A DNA stretch of 49,988 nt. It comes from a virus. Its lineage: Duplodnaviria; Caudoviricetes. The position numbers and the translations under genes are program-made. The stretch lies in the IMG/VR virus record IMGVR_UViG_3300040971_000365, positions 1 through 49,988 of that record. The stretch is one strand, 5' to 3'. This document shows positions 28,199 through 36,794 of this stretch, piece after piece. Every line of letters starts with the position of its first letter. Position 1 is the first letter of the stretch. Below the pieces are notes generated by a model. It worked only from the letters and a program-made list of their open reading frames with translations. It was not told the DNA's origin and ran no database searches.

Positions 28199-29506
28199 TT
28201 ACTCCTTGGCGGTGAGTTTTTTGACGGCAGCGACCACCGGACTGTTTTCCGGGCGCTGACTGGTTCCTGCATCGGCGGTGATGCGCGAGGCGATTTCGGG
28301 TTGGTCGGCACGGGCATCCAGCAAGGCGCGGCGCACCTGCGCTTCCGAGAAGCCTGCTGCGAGGAATTCCGCTGTGCGTTGGGACTGGCCCGCGATCAGG
28401 CACATCTCTGCAATGGCCTGTGCTTGGCCGCGCCCACTGGCGAAGGACTGCGCCAGTGCTGCTTGGGCAGCAGGCGTCGGTTGCGGATCGCTGTCGGTCT
28501 GCGGCTGGTCGCCCTGCGGGTCGGTGTCGGTCGGATCGTTTGGGTTGTCGTGGTCGTTTTTGGGGTCGGTCATGGTGTTCTCCAGGGTGAAAGGTTTGCT
28601 TCGGGGCGGGCTTGAAATGGGCTGCGTGGACAGACTTCGCGGCGAGGCTCGGGCCACGCCGGGCTGTGTCAGCCGCTGCTTGGCCGCCAACGCATCGGTG
28701 AATTCGGTCATCACCTGTTCGAGCGGCATCACGGCGTCGGCGAGACCTGCTGCCACCGCCTGCTCGCCGTAGAACAGCCCTGCCTCGGTGGCGCGCACGG
28801 CATCCGGGTCAAGGCCGCGCATCTGCCCGACCTGATTCACAAAGATGTCGTAGAGGCGATCCACTTCAGCCTGCAACGCCTTGGTGGCCTGCGGGCTGAG
28901 GGGCTCGTGAGGCGAAAAATCGTTCTTGTGGCTGCCCGCGAAGACGGCGGTGTAGTTCAGGCCGTCCTTGGCGTCCTTCACCGACTGATCGACGTGCAGC
29001 GCGATCACGCCAATCGAACCGACACCAGCGGTCTGCGACAGCGTCAGGCGCTGGCAGGCCGCCGCGATGGCAAAGGCTGCCGAGTACGCGGCATCGTTGG
29101 CGTGCGCCCAGATCGGCTTGATGCTGCTGGCTGCGCGGATGCGCTCGGCCAGTTCGAACACGCCCGAGGCCTCGCCGCCGGGCGAATCCAGATCGAGCAA
29201 GATGCCCGCCACCTGAGGGTCGGCCAATGCAGCGTCCAGGCGGGCTTCGATCTCGCCGTAGGACATCAGGCCAGATGCGGCTTCGATGCCCATCGAACGT
29301 CTGACCAGCGTGCCGACCACCGGGATGACGGCAATACCCGCCTGACCCGATGTGGCGCTCTGGTGCGGCATGGGCAGCGGCATGGCCATGTCCAGATCGG
29401 GCAAACCGATGCGGGAACCCAGTACGGAGAGGATCACGTCGAGTTTGGGACGCGCAATGAGGAGCGGCGTCCCGTAGAGGCGGGACGCCAGATGAACGAG
29501 TTGCAT
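28199..29506 (-). CDS. S49 prohead protease / scaffold (lambda C-like)
   Basis: LDLDSPGGE, AYSAAFAIA, GVGSIGV, plus a low-complexity C-terminal scaffold region. Confidence 0.9.
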   Translation of the reverse strand: MQLVHLASRLYGTPLLIARPKLDVILSVLGSRIGLPDLDMAMPLPMPHQSATSGQAGIAVIPVVGTLVRRSMGIEAASGLMSYGEIEARLDAALADPQVAGILLDLDSPGGEASGVFELAERIRAASSIKPIWAHANDAAYSAAFAIAAACQRLTLSQTAGVGSIGVIALHVDQSVKDAKDGLNYTAVFAGSHKNDFSPHEPLSPQATKALQAEVDRLYDIFVNQVGQMRGLDPDAVRATEAGLFYGEQAVAAGLADAVMPLEQVMTEFTDALAAKQRLTQPGVARASPRSLSTQPISSPPRSKPFTLENTMTDPKNDHDNPNDPTDTDPQGDQPQTDSDPQPTPAAQAALAQSFASGRGQAQAIAEMCLIAGQSQRTAEFLAAGFSEAQVRRALLDARADQPEIASRITADAGTSQRPENSPVVAAVKKLTAKE

Positions 29507-29507
29507 G

Positions 29508-31040
29508 TCAGTTGTCCTGTTGGTCTTGCGGCATGGCCACCGTGGCGACCGCATTCATGGGAGCGCCCAATGTCGAGGGTTGGGGAGCCTTGTCATGGCG
29601 CGGGTCGGAGTCGAAGACCAGACCGAGCGCATCGGCACGCTGGTTGTCGGCGGCGATCTCGCGGTCGATGTCCTCGGCGTCATAGCCGAAGGCCGAGATG
29701 GCTTCCGAGCGCGATAGCAGCCCGGCGCGAATGGCGGTCAGCATGGCGTCGAACTCTTTCTTGGGATCGACCCACTGCCAACCCTGCGGAATCCACTTGG
29801 CCGCGAAGTAGTCGCGCTTTTTCTCGGTGAATTGCGGCAGCACCAGCGCGCCTTCAAGTAGCGCCTGCTCCATCCAGGCACGCCAGATTGGACGGCACAG
29901 TTGGTGGACGATCACGCCGTGCTGGATGGCCTCACAGCGGCGGCGAAACTCCAGCAGCCCAGCCCGGATCGACGAGTAGTTCACTTGGGTAAGGTCTCCG
30001 GTCAGCATCTCATAGGTGATGCCCATCGCCGCTGCCACCGCCCGGAACTGCATGCGCAGGAATTCGGCGTAGCTCGCGCCAACGTCGGCAGGCTGACTGA
30101 ACTTCACATCCTCGCCGGGCTCCAGGATTTGCATCGTGCCCGGCTCCAGCCCGGCCATCGCCGCGCCATTGGCATCCGGCAGTCCTTCACCCATCAGGTT
30201 GTCCTCGGGCGAAAGGCGCGTGATGAAGCCTGCGAACATCGCGGCGGTCTTCTTGCGCACCAATTCCGCGTCGTCGTACTGGTCGAGTTCGTTGAGCTTG
30301 ACCAGCGCGCGCGCCAGCCACGGTTCGCCCCGGAGCTGTCCGGGCCGCAAGGGACGAAACAGGTGGATGATTTCGCTGGCCGGGACACGCACAGTGTCCA
30401 AACCACCGACCATGCCACCGGTGCCCGACATCGGAGCCAGCGAGCCATCACCTGGATGCGAGCGATACAGGTGGTAAGCCACCCGCCGTCCGAGCTTGTC
30501 GAACTCGATGCCCGCACGGATGACGTTTCCGGAAGCCAACTCCTGATTCAGCGTGGCTGGCAGGTGTTCGGGTTCGAGCAGCTGCAGTTGCAGGCCCACC
30601 GGCAGACCATCTTCAGGGCGGCGGTAACGCAGCCGCACCAGGCATTCCCCGCCTTCGAGCATGGCGCGACAGGCCAAAGCCTGCAGGCCGTAGAAATCGG
30701 TCAGTCCGGCGGCATCGGCTTCCTCGCACCAGTCCCACCATAGGCTGTGGATCGCTTCGCGCAGGGGCTGATCGGCCAGCATGCTCTGCGGCTTGATGCC
30801 GGTGCCAATGGCGTTCGAGACAAAGGCCTCGACGCCTGCCGCTGCCCAGGCATTGCGGCGTACCAGATCGCGGCTCTTGGCGCGCAATTCGTTCTGGGTG
30901 AACGCGAGCGCTGCGACCGCACCGGGATTGCCGACCTGCCACGCCAACGCGCGACGGCCACCACCGATTCCGTCATAGAACGGCGTGCCGCCAAGCAGGC
31001 TCATGCCAACGCGTCTACGCATTCGGTCAAACCATTGCAT
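29508..31040 (-). CDS. Portal protein (lambda B family)
   Basis: RSRDL.R.N-like motif (KSRDLVRRN), GIEFD..G, RPGQLRGEPW, GDL..VNYSSIRAGL, WVDP.KE. Confidence 0.95.
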   Translation of the reverse strand: MQWFDRMRRRVGMSLLGGTPFYDGIGGGRRALAWQVGNPGAVAALAFTQNELRAKSRDLVRRNAWAAAGVEAFVSNAIGTGIKPQSMLADQPLREAIHSLWWDWCEEADAAGLTDFYGLQALACRAMLEGGECLVRLRYRRPEDGLPVGLQLQLLEPEHLPATLNQELASGNVIRAGIEFDKLGRRVAYHLYRSHPGDGSLAPMSGTGGMVGGLDTVRVPASEIIHLFRPLRPGQLRGEPWLARALVKLNELDQYDDAELVRKKTAAMFAGFITRLSPEDNLMGEGLPDANGAAMAGLEPGTMQILEPGEDVKFSQPADVGASYAEFLRMQFRAVAAAMGITYEMLTGDLTQVNYSSIRAGLLEFRRRCEAIQHGVIVHQLCRPIWRAWMEQALLEGALVLPQFTEKKRDYFAAKWIPQGWQWVDPKKEFDAMLTAIRAGLLSRSEAISAFGYDAEDIDREIAADNQRADALGLVFDSDPRHDKAPQPSTLGAPMNAVATVAMPQDQQDN

Positions 31041-31042
31041 GT

Positions 31043-31264
31043 TCAGAACCCTTTGCCGGTGGTGACTCGGATCTGGCGTGGCGCACCAGGCCACAGTCCG
31101 GTGTCCACGGCCTGCTCGAAGAGGTCGCGCTTGACCGCCGCAATGGCGGCCTGGAGTTCATCGACGCTGCGGTACTCGACGGTCTTGTCGCCGAAGGTCA
31201 CGCGCTTTTCGCCCTTAACCAGCGCCGCTTCCAAAGCGTCGAGGTGTGCTTGTGTGTAGGCCAT
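31043..31264 (-). CDS. Head-tail joining protein (gpW-like)
   Basis: AL..G.KRV.FGDKTVEYRS..EL. Directly before the portal gene. Confidence 0.8.
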   Translation of the reverse strand: MAYTQAHLDALEAALVKGEKRVTFGDKTVEYRSVDELQAAIAAVKRDLFEQAVDTGLWPGAPRQIRVTTGKGF

Positions 31265-31656
31265 CAGCGGAACACCGTAAGGTTGATTTCAGAGGAGTCG
31301 TCGAACGATGCGGACGTGGTGGCGCAACTGATGTCGACGTACTGGGCTGTCTTCTGGTCGGAGGTGGATCGCACGATGGCAATGCGCTGCGTGCCACTGT
31401 TGGTGCTGCTGCGGGCGAGCGCCGTCCAGCAATAGTTGGCATCGGGCATGGCAGCGGCAAAGGTCACGCGGTAGCGGCCCGCTGCCGTCCGGGTCACGCT
31501 GGCCACGTTGTGCGACGAGCGCACGACGATCTGGCTGCCGATGTAGCCGAAACACACCCACGCCCGGGCCAAGCCGGGGTGGGTGGCGTCGATCTTGGTC
31601 TTGACCTCAAGCCCGACACGACTTGCCAACGCACTGATGCGCGATGCGAGGCTCAT
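31264..31656 (-). CDS. Hypothetical protein with a fibre-tip-like beta domain
   Basis: ARAWVCF...VRSSHNVASVTR...GRYRVTF resembles phage fibre C-terminal domains. Confidence 0.55.
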   Translation of the reverse strand: MSLASRISALASRVGLEVKTKIDATHPGLARAWVCFGYIGSQIVVRSSHNVASVTRTAAGRYRVTFAAAMPDANYCWTALARSSTNSGTQRIAIVRSTSDQKTAQYVDISCATTSASFDDSSEINLTVFR

Positions 31657-32147
31657 CAGACCAGCGCGCCTACGAAGACCGCGACGAAGTCGGTATCGGT
31701 GTTGCCGACATCGCTGGCGGCGACAGCGCCGATGTTGCTGCGAGCCTGAAGTTGTTCGGCTACGGTCAGCGACTGCGCCGCATCGAAGCGCAAGCGGTTG
31801 TTGACGGCGGCGAGCAGCGCATCCAGACCACTGGTGCCGTTCTGCAGCAGTTGCTGGATTTCCACCAGCGTGTCGTAGGCGGCATCGGCTCCACCCAAGA
31901 TCTCAGTCTTGAGCGCATCGAGCAGTGAGACGATCTTGGTGGACGAGTACGTGGTCGTGGCCGCGACGTGCGCATCGTCGATCACTGCCGAGGACACCAC
32001 GGCGGCCTTCAGTTCGTTGATGGCAGCGACCAGATTCGACTTATCGGTGGTGGTGAGGTTGGCCAGGTTGCCTGCCTTGGCGCGGACGTCGTTGAACTCC
32101 TGCGCGACGCGGATGACCAGACTTTCGATACGGGTAGCAAGACTCAT
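31656..32147 (-). CDS. Hypothetical fibre/spike-like structural protein
   Basis: LTTTDKSNLVAAINEL, A.AAYDTLVEI and QLQARSNIGA are motifs common in phage fibres. Confidence 0.55.
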   Translation of the reverse strand: MSLATRIESLVIRVAQEFNDVRAKAGNLANLTTTDKSNLVAAINELKAAVVSSAVIDDAHVAATTTYSSTKIVSLLDALKTEILGGADAAYDTLVEIQQLLQNGTSGLDALLAAVNNRLRFDAAQSLTVAEQLQARSNIGAVAASDVGNTDTDFVAVFVGALV

Positions 32148-32164
32148 GTTTTCTCCTTGGGGTG

Positions 32165-34126
32165 TCAGGACAGCCAGCGGCTTTTGATCACGCGCCGACC
32201 GGTGTTGCGGTTGCCAGAAACAGCGAGGCCACCGCGTTGGGTGGCCTCGTTGATCGATTCAGTTGTTGTTTCAGGGGATGGCGGACTGGCCACCCCAAGC
32301 TGTCGCTCCAATTCCCGCCAGTGGCGTTCCTCGAAGCGATCCAGGCCCGCCGCCGATGCGGCCGCGCGGGCGTAGACGTAGCAGTCGAGCGCCTCATTGC
32401 GCTCGCGCATCTTTTGCCACTCGCGCACCGGGAAGCCGTTGCGGTCGCGGCGGGTGATCAGTTGCTCTGCGCAGAGTTGCTGGATGAACTCGGCGTCGAT
32501 CTTGGGCAGATGGACGAATCCGGCTGGAAACACTGTGGTCAAACCGTCCTCGCCGACATCAGCGCTCTTGCGCAGGTTGTTGTAGAACTCCAGCTTGGCG
32601 ATGCTGACTGCCACCGAATACACCTTGATGCCACGACGCAGCTTCTTGCCGCCCTTCGAGACATCGATGGCCGTCGGCGTGCCGATCAAGGCTGCACCGC
32701 GAGGCACGCCTTTGACCGGCATCACACGTGGATCGCGGCAGGCCCGCACGAAGGCATAAGCCTCCTGCGTGGCAAACCCGGTATCCAGTGCGAAGCGGGC
32801 CAGCGGCATCGCCGCGCCCGAGGCGTGTGTCCAGCTCTCGGCCAGCATTTCAGCAAGGCGTTTCCACACCGTGTCGCGGGCGGTGTCACCCATCAGCACG
32901 CGATGCTCGATGAGCCACGACTCCTTCCCGCGCCCGAATGCCCAAACCGATGCCTCGATGCGATCTTTCTGTACGTCGGCCGCGCCCACCAGCAGCAGAC
33001 CGCCTTGCGGCACGCTACCGACACGGTAGTCCTCTCGGCGCTCGACCAGTCGTTGCCAATCAGGCGCTTCGCCTTCCTCGACCCAGGTTTCACCCAGCTC
33101 GGTGTTCTTGAAGGTCTTGATGGCGGCGGCCGATCCCGACTCTTTACTGACGGCGGCCTCCCACGCAGCCGCGATCTCCCGCCAACTGCGCCAGCCCACC
33201 GGGCTGTACAGCGACGAAAGGTGAAAGCCTGCCGTCTTGCCCACGCCATCGGTGATCATCGCGCGCCATTCACCGTGTTCCAGCATCCACGTCTTGTGAT
33301 GCTCGGCAATTGCGGTGTCACATGACTCGCAGATGTAGGCAGCGGTTTCCGGTTGCCCTTTGTCCCAGCGCAGCTGCTCGAAGCGCAGCCACTGCCGGTG
33401 CGAGCAATGCGGACACGGCACGAAGTAGCGACGTTGGTCGCTGGCCTCGTACTCGCGCTCGATAGCCGACGCCCCTGAGATCGTCGGCGTCGAAACGATG
33501 AAGATCTTGCGCCGAGCAAAGGTGCGTGTACGGGCTTCGGCCAGCGAGATCGCATCGCCTTCACCCTCGACGTCCAACGGATAGCCGTCGACCTCGTCGA
33601 GGAACAGATACCGCACCGGCATTGAGCGCAGCCCGACCGCGCTGTTGGCCCCGGTCATCACCAGCACGCCACCCCGGAACTCCTTGGCCAGGATGGTGTT
33701 GCCGGAATCCCGGCTGCGCGCCGGTGCAATCAGTTCAGCCAGTGCGGACGACTCCTCGATCAGCGGATCGATTCGCTGCTTGGAGTTGCGCTTGGCCATC
33801 TCCACCGTCGGCCACACAGCCATCATTGGCCCGGGCGCGTGGTGGATGACATAGCCTATCCAGTTCGATCCCATCTCTGTCGCGCCAAGCTGCGCCGCCT
33901 TCATGAACACCACGCGCTCGACCGCTGAGGTCGGCGACAGGCAGTCCATGATTGCTTTCAGGTACGGCGTGCGGCTGGTGCGCCAGCGCCCCGGCTCGGC
34001 AGACGCCTTGCTGGAGAGCATCCGGTGGCGATCCGACCATTCGGACACGGTGAGCAGCGGGTCGGGCGTCAGTCCTTCACGCCATGCGCGTTCGATCTCG
34101 GCAGCGCCTTCGTAGTCCATGTCCAT
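32165..34126 (-). CDS. terL: Terminase large subunit (lambda gpA family)
   Basis: MKAAQLGATE, LFLDEVD, STPT, VPCPHC, DVQKDR, RNEALDC. Confidence 0.96.
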   Translation of the reverse strand: MDMDYEGAAEIERAWREGLTPDPLLTVSEWSDRHRMLSSKASAEPGRWRTSRTPYLKAIMDCLSPTSAVERVVFMKAAQLGATEMGSNWIGYVIHHAPGPMMAVWPTVEMAKRNSKQRIDPLIEESSALAELIAPARSRDSGNTILAKEFRGGVLVMTGANSAVGLRSMPVRYLFLDEVDGYPLDVEGEGDAISLAEARTRTFARRKIFIVSTPTISGASAIEREYEASDQRRYFVPCPHCSHRQWLRFEQLRWDKGQPETAAYICESCDTAIAEHHKTWMLEHGEWRAMITDGVGKTAGFHLSSLYSPVGWRSWREIAAAWEAAVSKESGSAAAIKTFKNTELGETWVEEGEAPDWQRLVERREDYRVGSVPQGGLLLVGAADVQKDRIEASVWAFGRGKESWLIEHRVLMGDTARDTVWKRLAEMLAESWTHASGAAMPLARFALDTGFATQEAYAFVRACRDPRVMPVKGVPRGAALIGTPTAIDVSKGGKKLRRGIKVYSVAVSIAKLEFYNNLRKSADVGEDGLTTVFPAGFVHLPKIDAEFIQQLCAEQLITRRDRNGFPVREWQKMRERNEALDCYVYARAAASAAGLDRFEERHWRELERQLGVASPPSPETTTESINEATQRGGLAVSGNRNTGRRVIKSRWLS

Positions 34127-34662
34127 CAATCCACCTTTGGGCGCATCTCGCCCAGTTCCTGCAGGTGCTCACGCACAGCTGCCTCCAGGGCGATGTGCAT
34201 CGTGTGAGGATCGACGCCGAGCTTGGCTGCCATCTGTGCTGAGATGCGCGCGGGCCAGTTGAGCCACGCATCGCGCTCGGATCGCGCCAGCTTGAAAACA
34301 TGGGCGATGGCCTGTGGCCGATCTACCAGTTCGCCTTTGAGACGGGCCAGGCGCACCTTGTTGGTTTGCGCCTTGACCACTTCGTTGACCGTGCGCGCTT
34401 GGAGCAGGGACGTGCCGCCTGCTGGCAATGCCGCTGGCCCGTCACCCGTGGAGCCGCTGGATTCCGCCACGGCGACCTTTACCGCGCGGGTGGCTGTGCC
34501 ATTGCGCGGCGCATCGGAATTGCGCGCCCATTCGCGGTCGACGCGCTCGGCATCAATCGTTCCGTCTGCCTCCGGCGTGATCCGTCCCGCAGCGATGGCT
34601 TTGCGCACCGCCGCATCGGACACCCCTCGGTGGCGTGCGTAGGCGCGAATCGAAATACCCAT
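34126..34662 (-). CDS. terS: Terminase small subunit (Nu1-like)
   Basis: N-terminal HTH (SIRAYARHRGVS..AVRKAI..GRI), then GELVDR. The stop overlaps the terL start. Confidence 0.8.
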   Translation of the reverse strand: MGISIRAYARHRGVSDAAVRKAIAAGRITPEADGTIDAERVDREWARNSDAPRNGTATRAVKVAVAESSGSTGDGPAALPAGGTSLLQARTVNEVVKAQTNKVRLARLKGELVDRPQAIAHVFKLARSERDAWLNWPARISAQMAAKLGVDPHTMHIALEAAVREHLQELGEMRPKVD

Positions 34663-34791
34663 ATTTCCCCTTCGGGGCACCTTCAATCATTTGTTCGCTC
34701 ATTTGCCAAATTCGCCTGCGGATTGAGCTTGGCTTCTATCTGGAACAGCGCGTTCATACGTTCGTCATCAACACCATGAAAGGACACGGAC

Positions 34792-34989
34792 ATGAGCAAG
34801 CTCGAACAACTCCTGACCCAGATCGCGCAAAACAAGCTGGGCATCGAAACCCTGGAAGCCCGCCGCTCGGACAGCCTCGATTTCCACGACGTGGCGGTCT
34901 GGTGCTTGCGCGATGCGCTCGAAGCAGCCTTCAACGCCGGTGTCGAGCAGGGCCGCAAAGCCACGCAGTCGGAAAAGGCCAACACCTGA
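34792..34989 (+). CDS. Small conserved protein (DUF6900-like)
   Basis: LGIETLE.R.SDSLDFHDVAVW..R.ALEAAF.AG. RBS AAGGA. Confidence 0.75.
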   Translation: MSKLEQLLTQIAQNKLGIETLEARRSDSLDFHDVAVWCLRDALEAAFNAGVEQGRKATQSEKANT

Positions 34990-35083
34990 TTGCGAACCCT
35001 GCAAGCCAAGCAGAAAGCGCTTGGCTTCACTTGGGAACAGCGCGTTCATCACATCACCGTCCACCACATCGAAGGAGTAAGAC

Positions 35084-35647
35084 ATGACCACCATCCAATT
35101 GACCCCGGCACAGCACGCGATCCTGGCCCACGCTGTTGAGCACACCAGCGGCAAAATCGACTGGTTCCCTGACAACATCAAAGGCGGCGCGCGCAAGAAA
35201 GTGCTCGACGGCTTGTTTAACCGCGCACTGATCACCACCGACGGCACCGACTGGTTTGTCGCGGCTGAGGGCTACGACGTCCTGGGCATGCCGCGCCCCG
35301 GATTGAAAAAGAAGAACGTCGGTCAATTCGAAGCCCATCTCGACCAGATCATTGCCAACGCTGAAGGCGCGTCAGCCGACACGAGCGATCACGAACTGGA
35401 AGCCGCCGTCACCGCCGCCGAAGCAACGTGGGTCAAGCCTCGCACCCGCGACAACAGCAAGCAGGCCGAAGTGATCCGGATGCTGCAACGCCCCGAGGGC
35501 GCAACCATCGGCCAGATCTGCACCGCCACCGGCTGGCAGGCGCACACGGTGCGCGGCACCTTCGCCGGAGCCTTCAAGAAAAAGCTGGGCCTGAACATCG
35601 TCTCGGACAAGCCACAGGGCGGCGAGCGGGTCTACCGCATCGCATGA
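35084..35647 (+). CDS. DUF3489-domain (winged-helix) protein
   Basis: SKQA.VI.ML.RPEGATI..I..ATGWQAHTVRG. RBS AAGGAG. Confidence 0.85.
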   Translation: MTTIQLTPAQHAILAHAVEHTSGKIDWFPDNIKGGARKKVLDGLFNRALITTDGTDWFVAAEGYDVLGMPRPGLKKKNVGQFEAHLDQIIANAEGASADTSDHELEAAVTAAEATWVKPRTRDNSKQAEVIRMLQRPEGATIGQICTATGWQAHTVRGTFAGAFKKKLGLNIVSDKPQGGERVYRIA

Positions 35648-35747
35648 AAGAAGATGGGGAGAAGAGCCATGAATAGCTTGGCTTCTCTCCCCACCAGCGC
35701 GTTCATACAGGTGTCGTGATTGACTACGCCACACCAGGAGAACCGCC

Positions 35748-36107
35748 ATGAGCACCATGACCATCACCATCGAACGCACCCACCGTACCCTGCAGTTTGG
35801 AGGCCAGAGCCTCCAGGTCGAAGAATTGAGCGTCCGCCTGCCGTTTGCACGCAAACCTGCCGACCTCGACGAACTGGGCGGTCGCGACCAGCACAAGGTC
35901 TACGTCACCGAGACCAGGGAACTGACCCCTGCCGAATTCGACGCCTTTGGGAGCAGCTTGCTGGTGTCGCGCGACTGGCTGCGTGGCAAGGGTGGCGGCA
36001 CTAGCGACGGCTACCTTTGCGTCGAGGTCACTGCTCCTGGACGACCCTATCTCTACGTCAATCCCGAGGGCGGTGATTACGCCCGCTACGTAGCCCGTCT
36101 CGGGTGA
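35748..36107 (+). CDS. Hypothetical protein
   Basis: RBS AGGAG, host-like codon usage, C-terminal VNPEG.DYARYV. Confidence 0.7.
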   Translation: MSTMTITIERTHRTLQFGGQSLQVEELSVRLPFARKPADLDELGGRDQHKVYVTETRELTPAEFDAFGSSLLVSRDWLRGKGGGTSDGYLCVEVTAPGRPYLYVNPEGGDYARYVARLG

Positions 36108-36207
36108 TCGAAATTGATGGAAAAAGAAGCCAGGAACACCTTGGCTTCTCAATCGAACAGCGCGTTACTACAGGTGTCGCAACGATCAAACCGAAGGAGA
36201 AAACGCC

Positions 36208-36570
36208 ATGACCAACAACCAGATCCCCACCACCCAGAACGAAGCCTGGGGCTTTTGGGGCACGATGAACGAACACGCCAGCACCGCATGGCCCTTGACT
36301 ATGACCGCCATCTCGGACGCCACTCACCAGCCCCTCGAGTCGGTGCGAATCTTCCTCGACAGCCGTCACGGACGCCACTTTGCCGACGACGTCCAGAACG
36401 GTTTGTACCAAGGCCAAGCCTTGCAGGATGCGATCAACGCCGCCACCCAACGCTGGATGGGCTGGACGATTGGCCGCCAGACCAGCAAGCAGCACGGCAT
36501 ACCGCGCGGCATGCCTTACCTGACGGGCTTTGTGATCCACTGCGAGATCTGCGAAGAGTTGGCCGCCTGA
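36208..36570 (+). CDS. Hypothetical protein
   Basis: RBS AAGGAG. Contains WGFWGTM and FLDSRHGRHFADDV. Confidence 0.7.
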   Translation: MTNNQIPTTQNEAWGFWGTMNEHASTAWPLTMTAISDATHQPLESVRIFLDSRHGRHFADDVQNGLYQGQALQDAINAATQRWMGWTIGRQTSKQHGIPRGMPYLTGFVIHCEICEELAA

Positions 36571-36794
36571 TGAAAACACCTGCCAACGAACGGGAGCAGG
36601 CCCTGCGTTGGCTGATTGCCAACCGGCGTCCCGACATCTCCATCGAGCAGGCCGTGCGCGTCATGTGCATGGCACTGCCGCGCGATCTCACCACTATGCA
36701 AATCCTGCGGCGTATCGCCGAGGAAGAAGAGGCCAAGCAGCCCGGCCAGCCATTCAACTGGCGCACACTTCCTGGTCTGCCGCCTCGCGGATAG
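36570..36794 (+). CDS. Hypothetical protein
   Basis: TGATG coupling to the previous gene. The 3' end overlaps the convergent methyltransferase. Confidence 0.45.
   Translation: MKTPANEREQALRWLIANRRPDISIEQAVRVMCMALPRDLTTMQILRRIAEEEEAKQPGQPFNWRTLPGLPPRG

Larger units (their letters stand above)
34728..36169 (+). repeat. Four dispersed 30-bp repeats CTTGGCTTC-N7-A(A/C)CAGCGCGTT(CAT/ACT), each preceding a small gene
   Basis: Copies at 34728-34757, 35020-35049, 35677-35706 and 36140-36169. Confidence 0.9.

Noticed and set aside
34728-36169. 30-bp repeats considered as a CRISPR array or integron attC sites
   Set aside because: The spacing is hundreds of bp and contains whole genes, the repeat centre varies, and there is no cas operon, tyrosine integron integrase or attC core sites.
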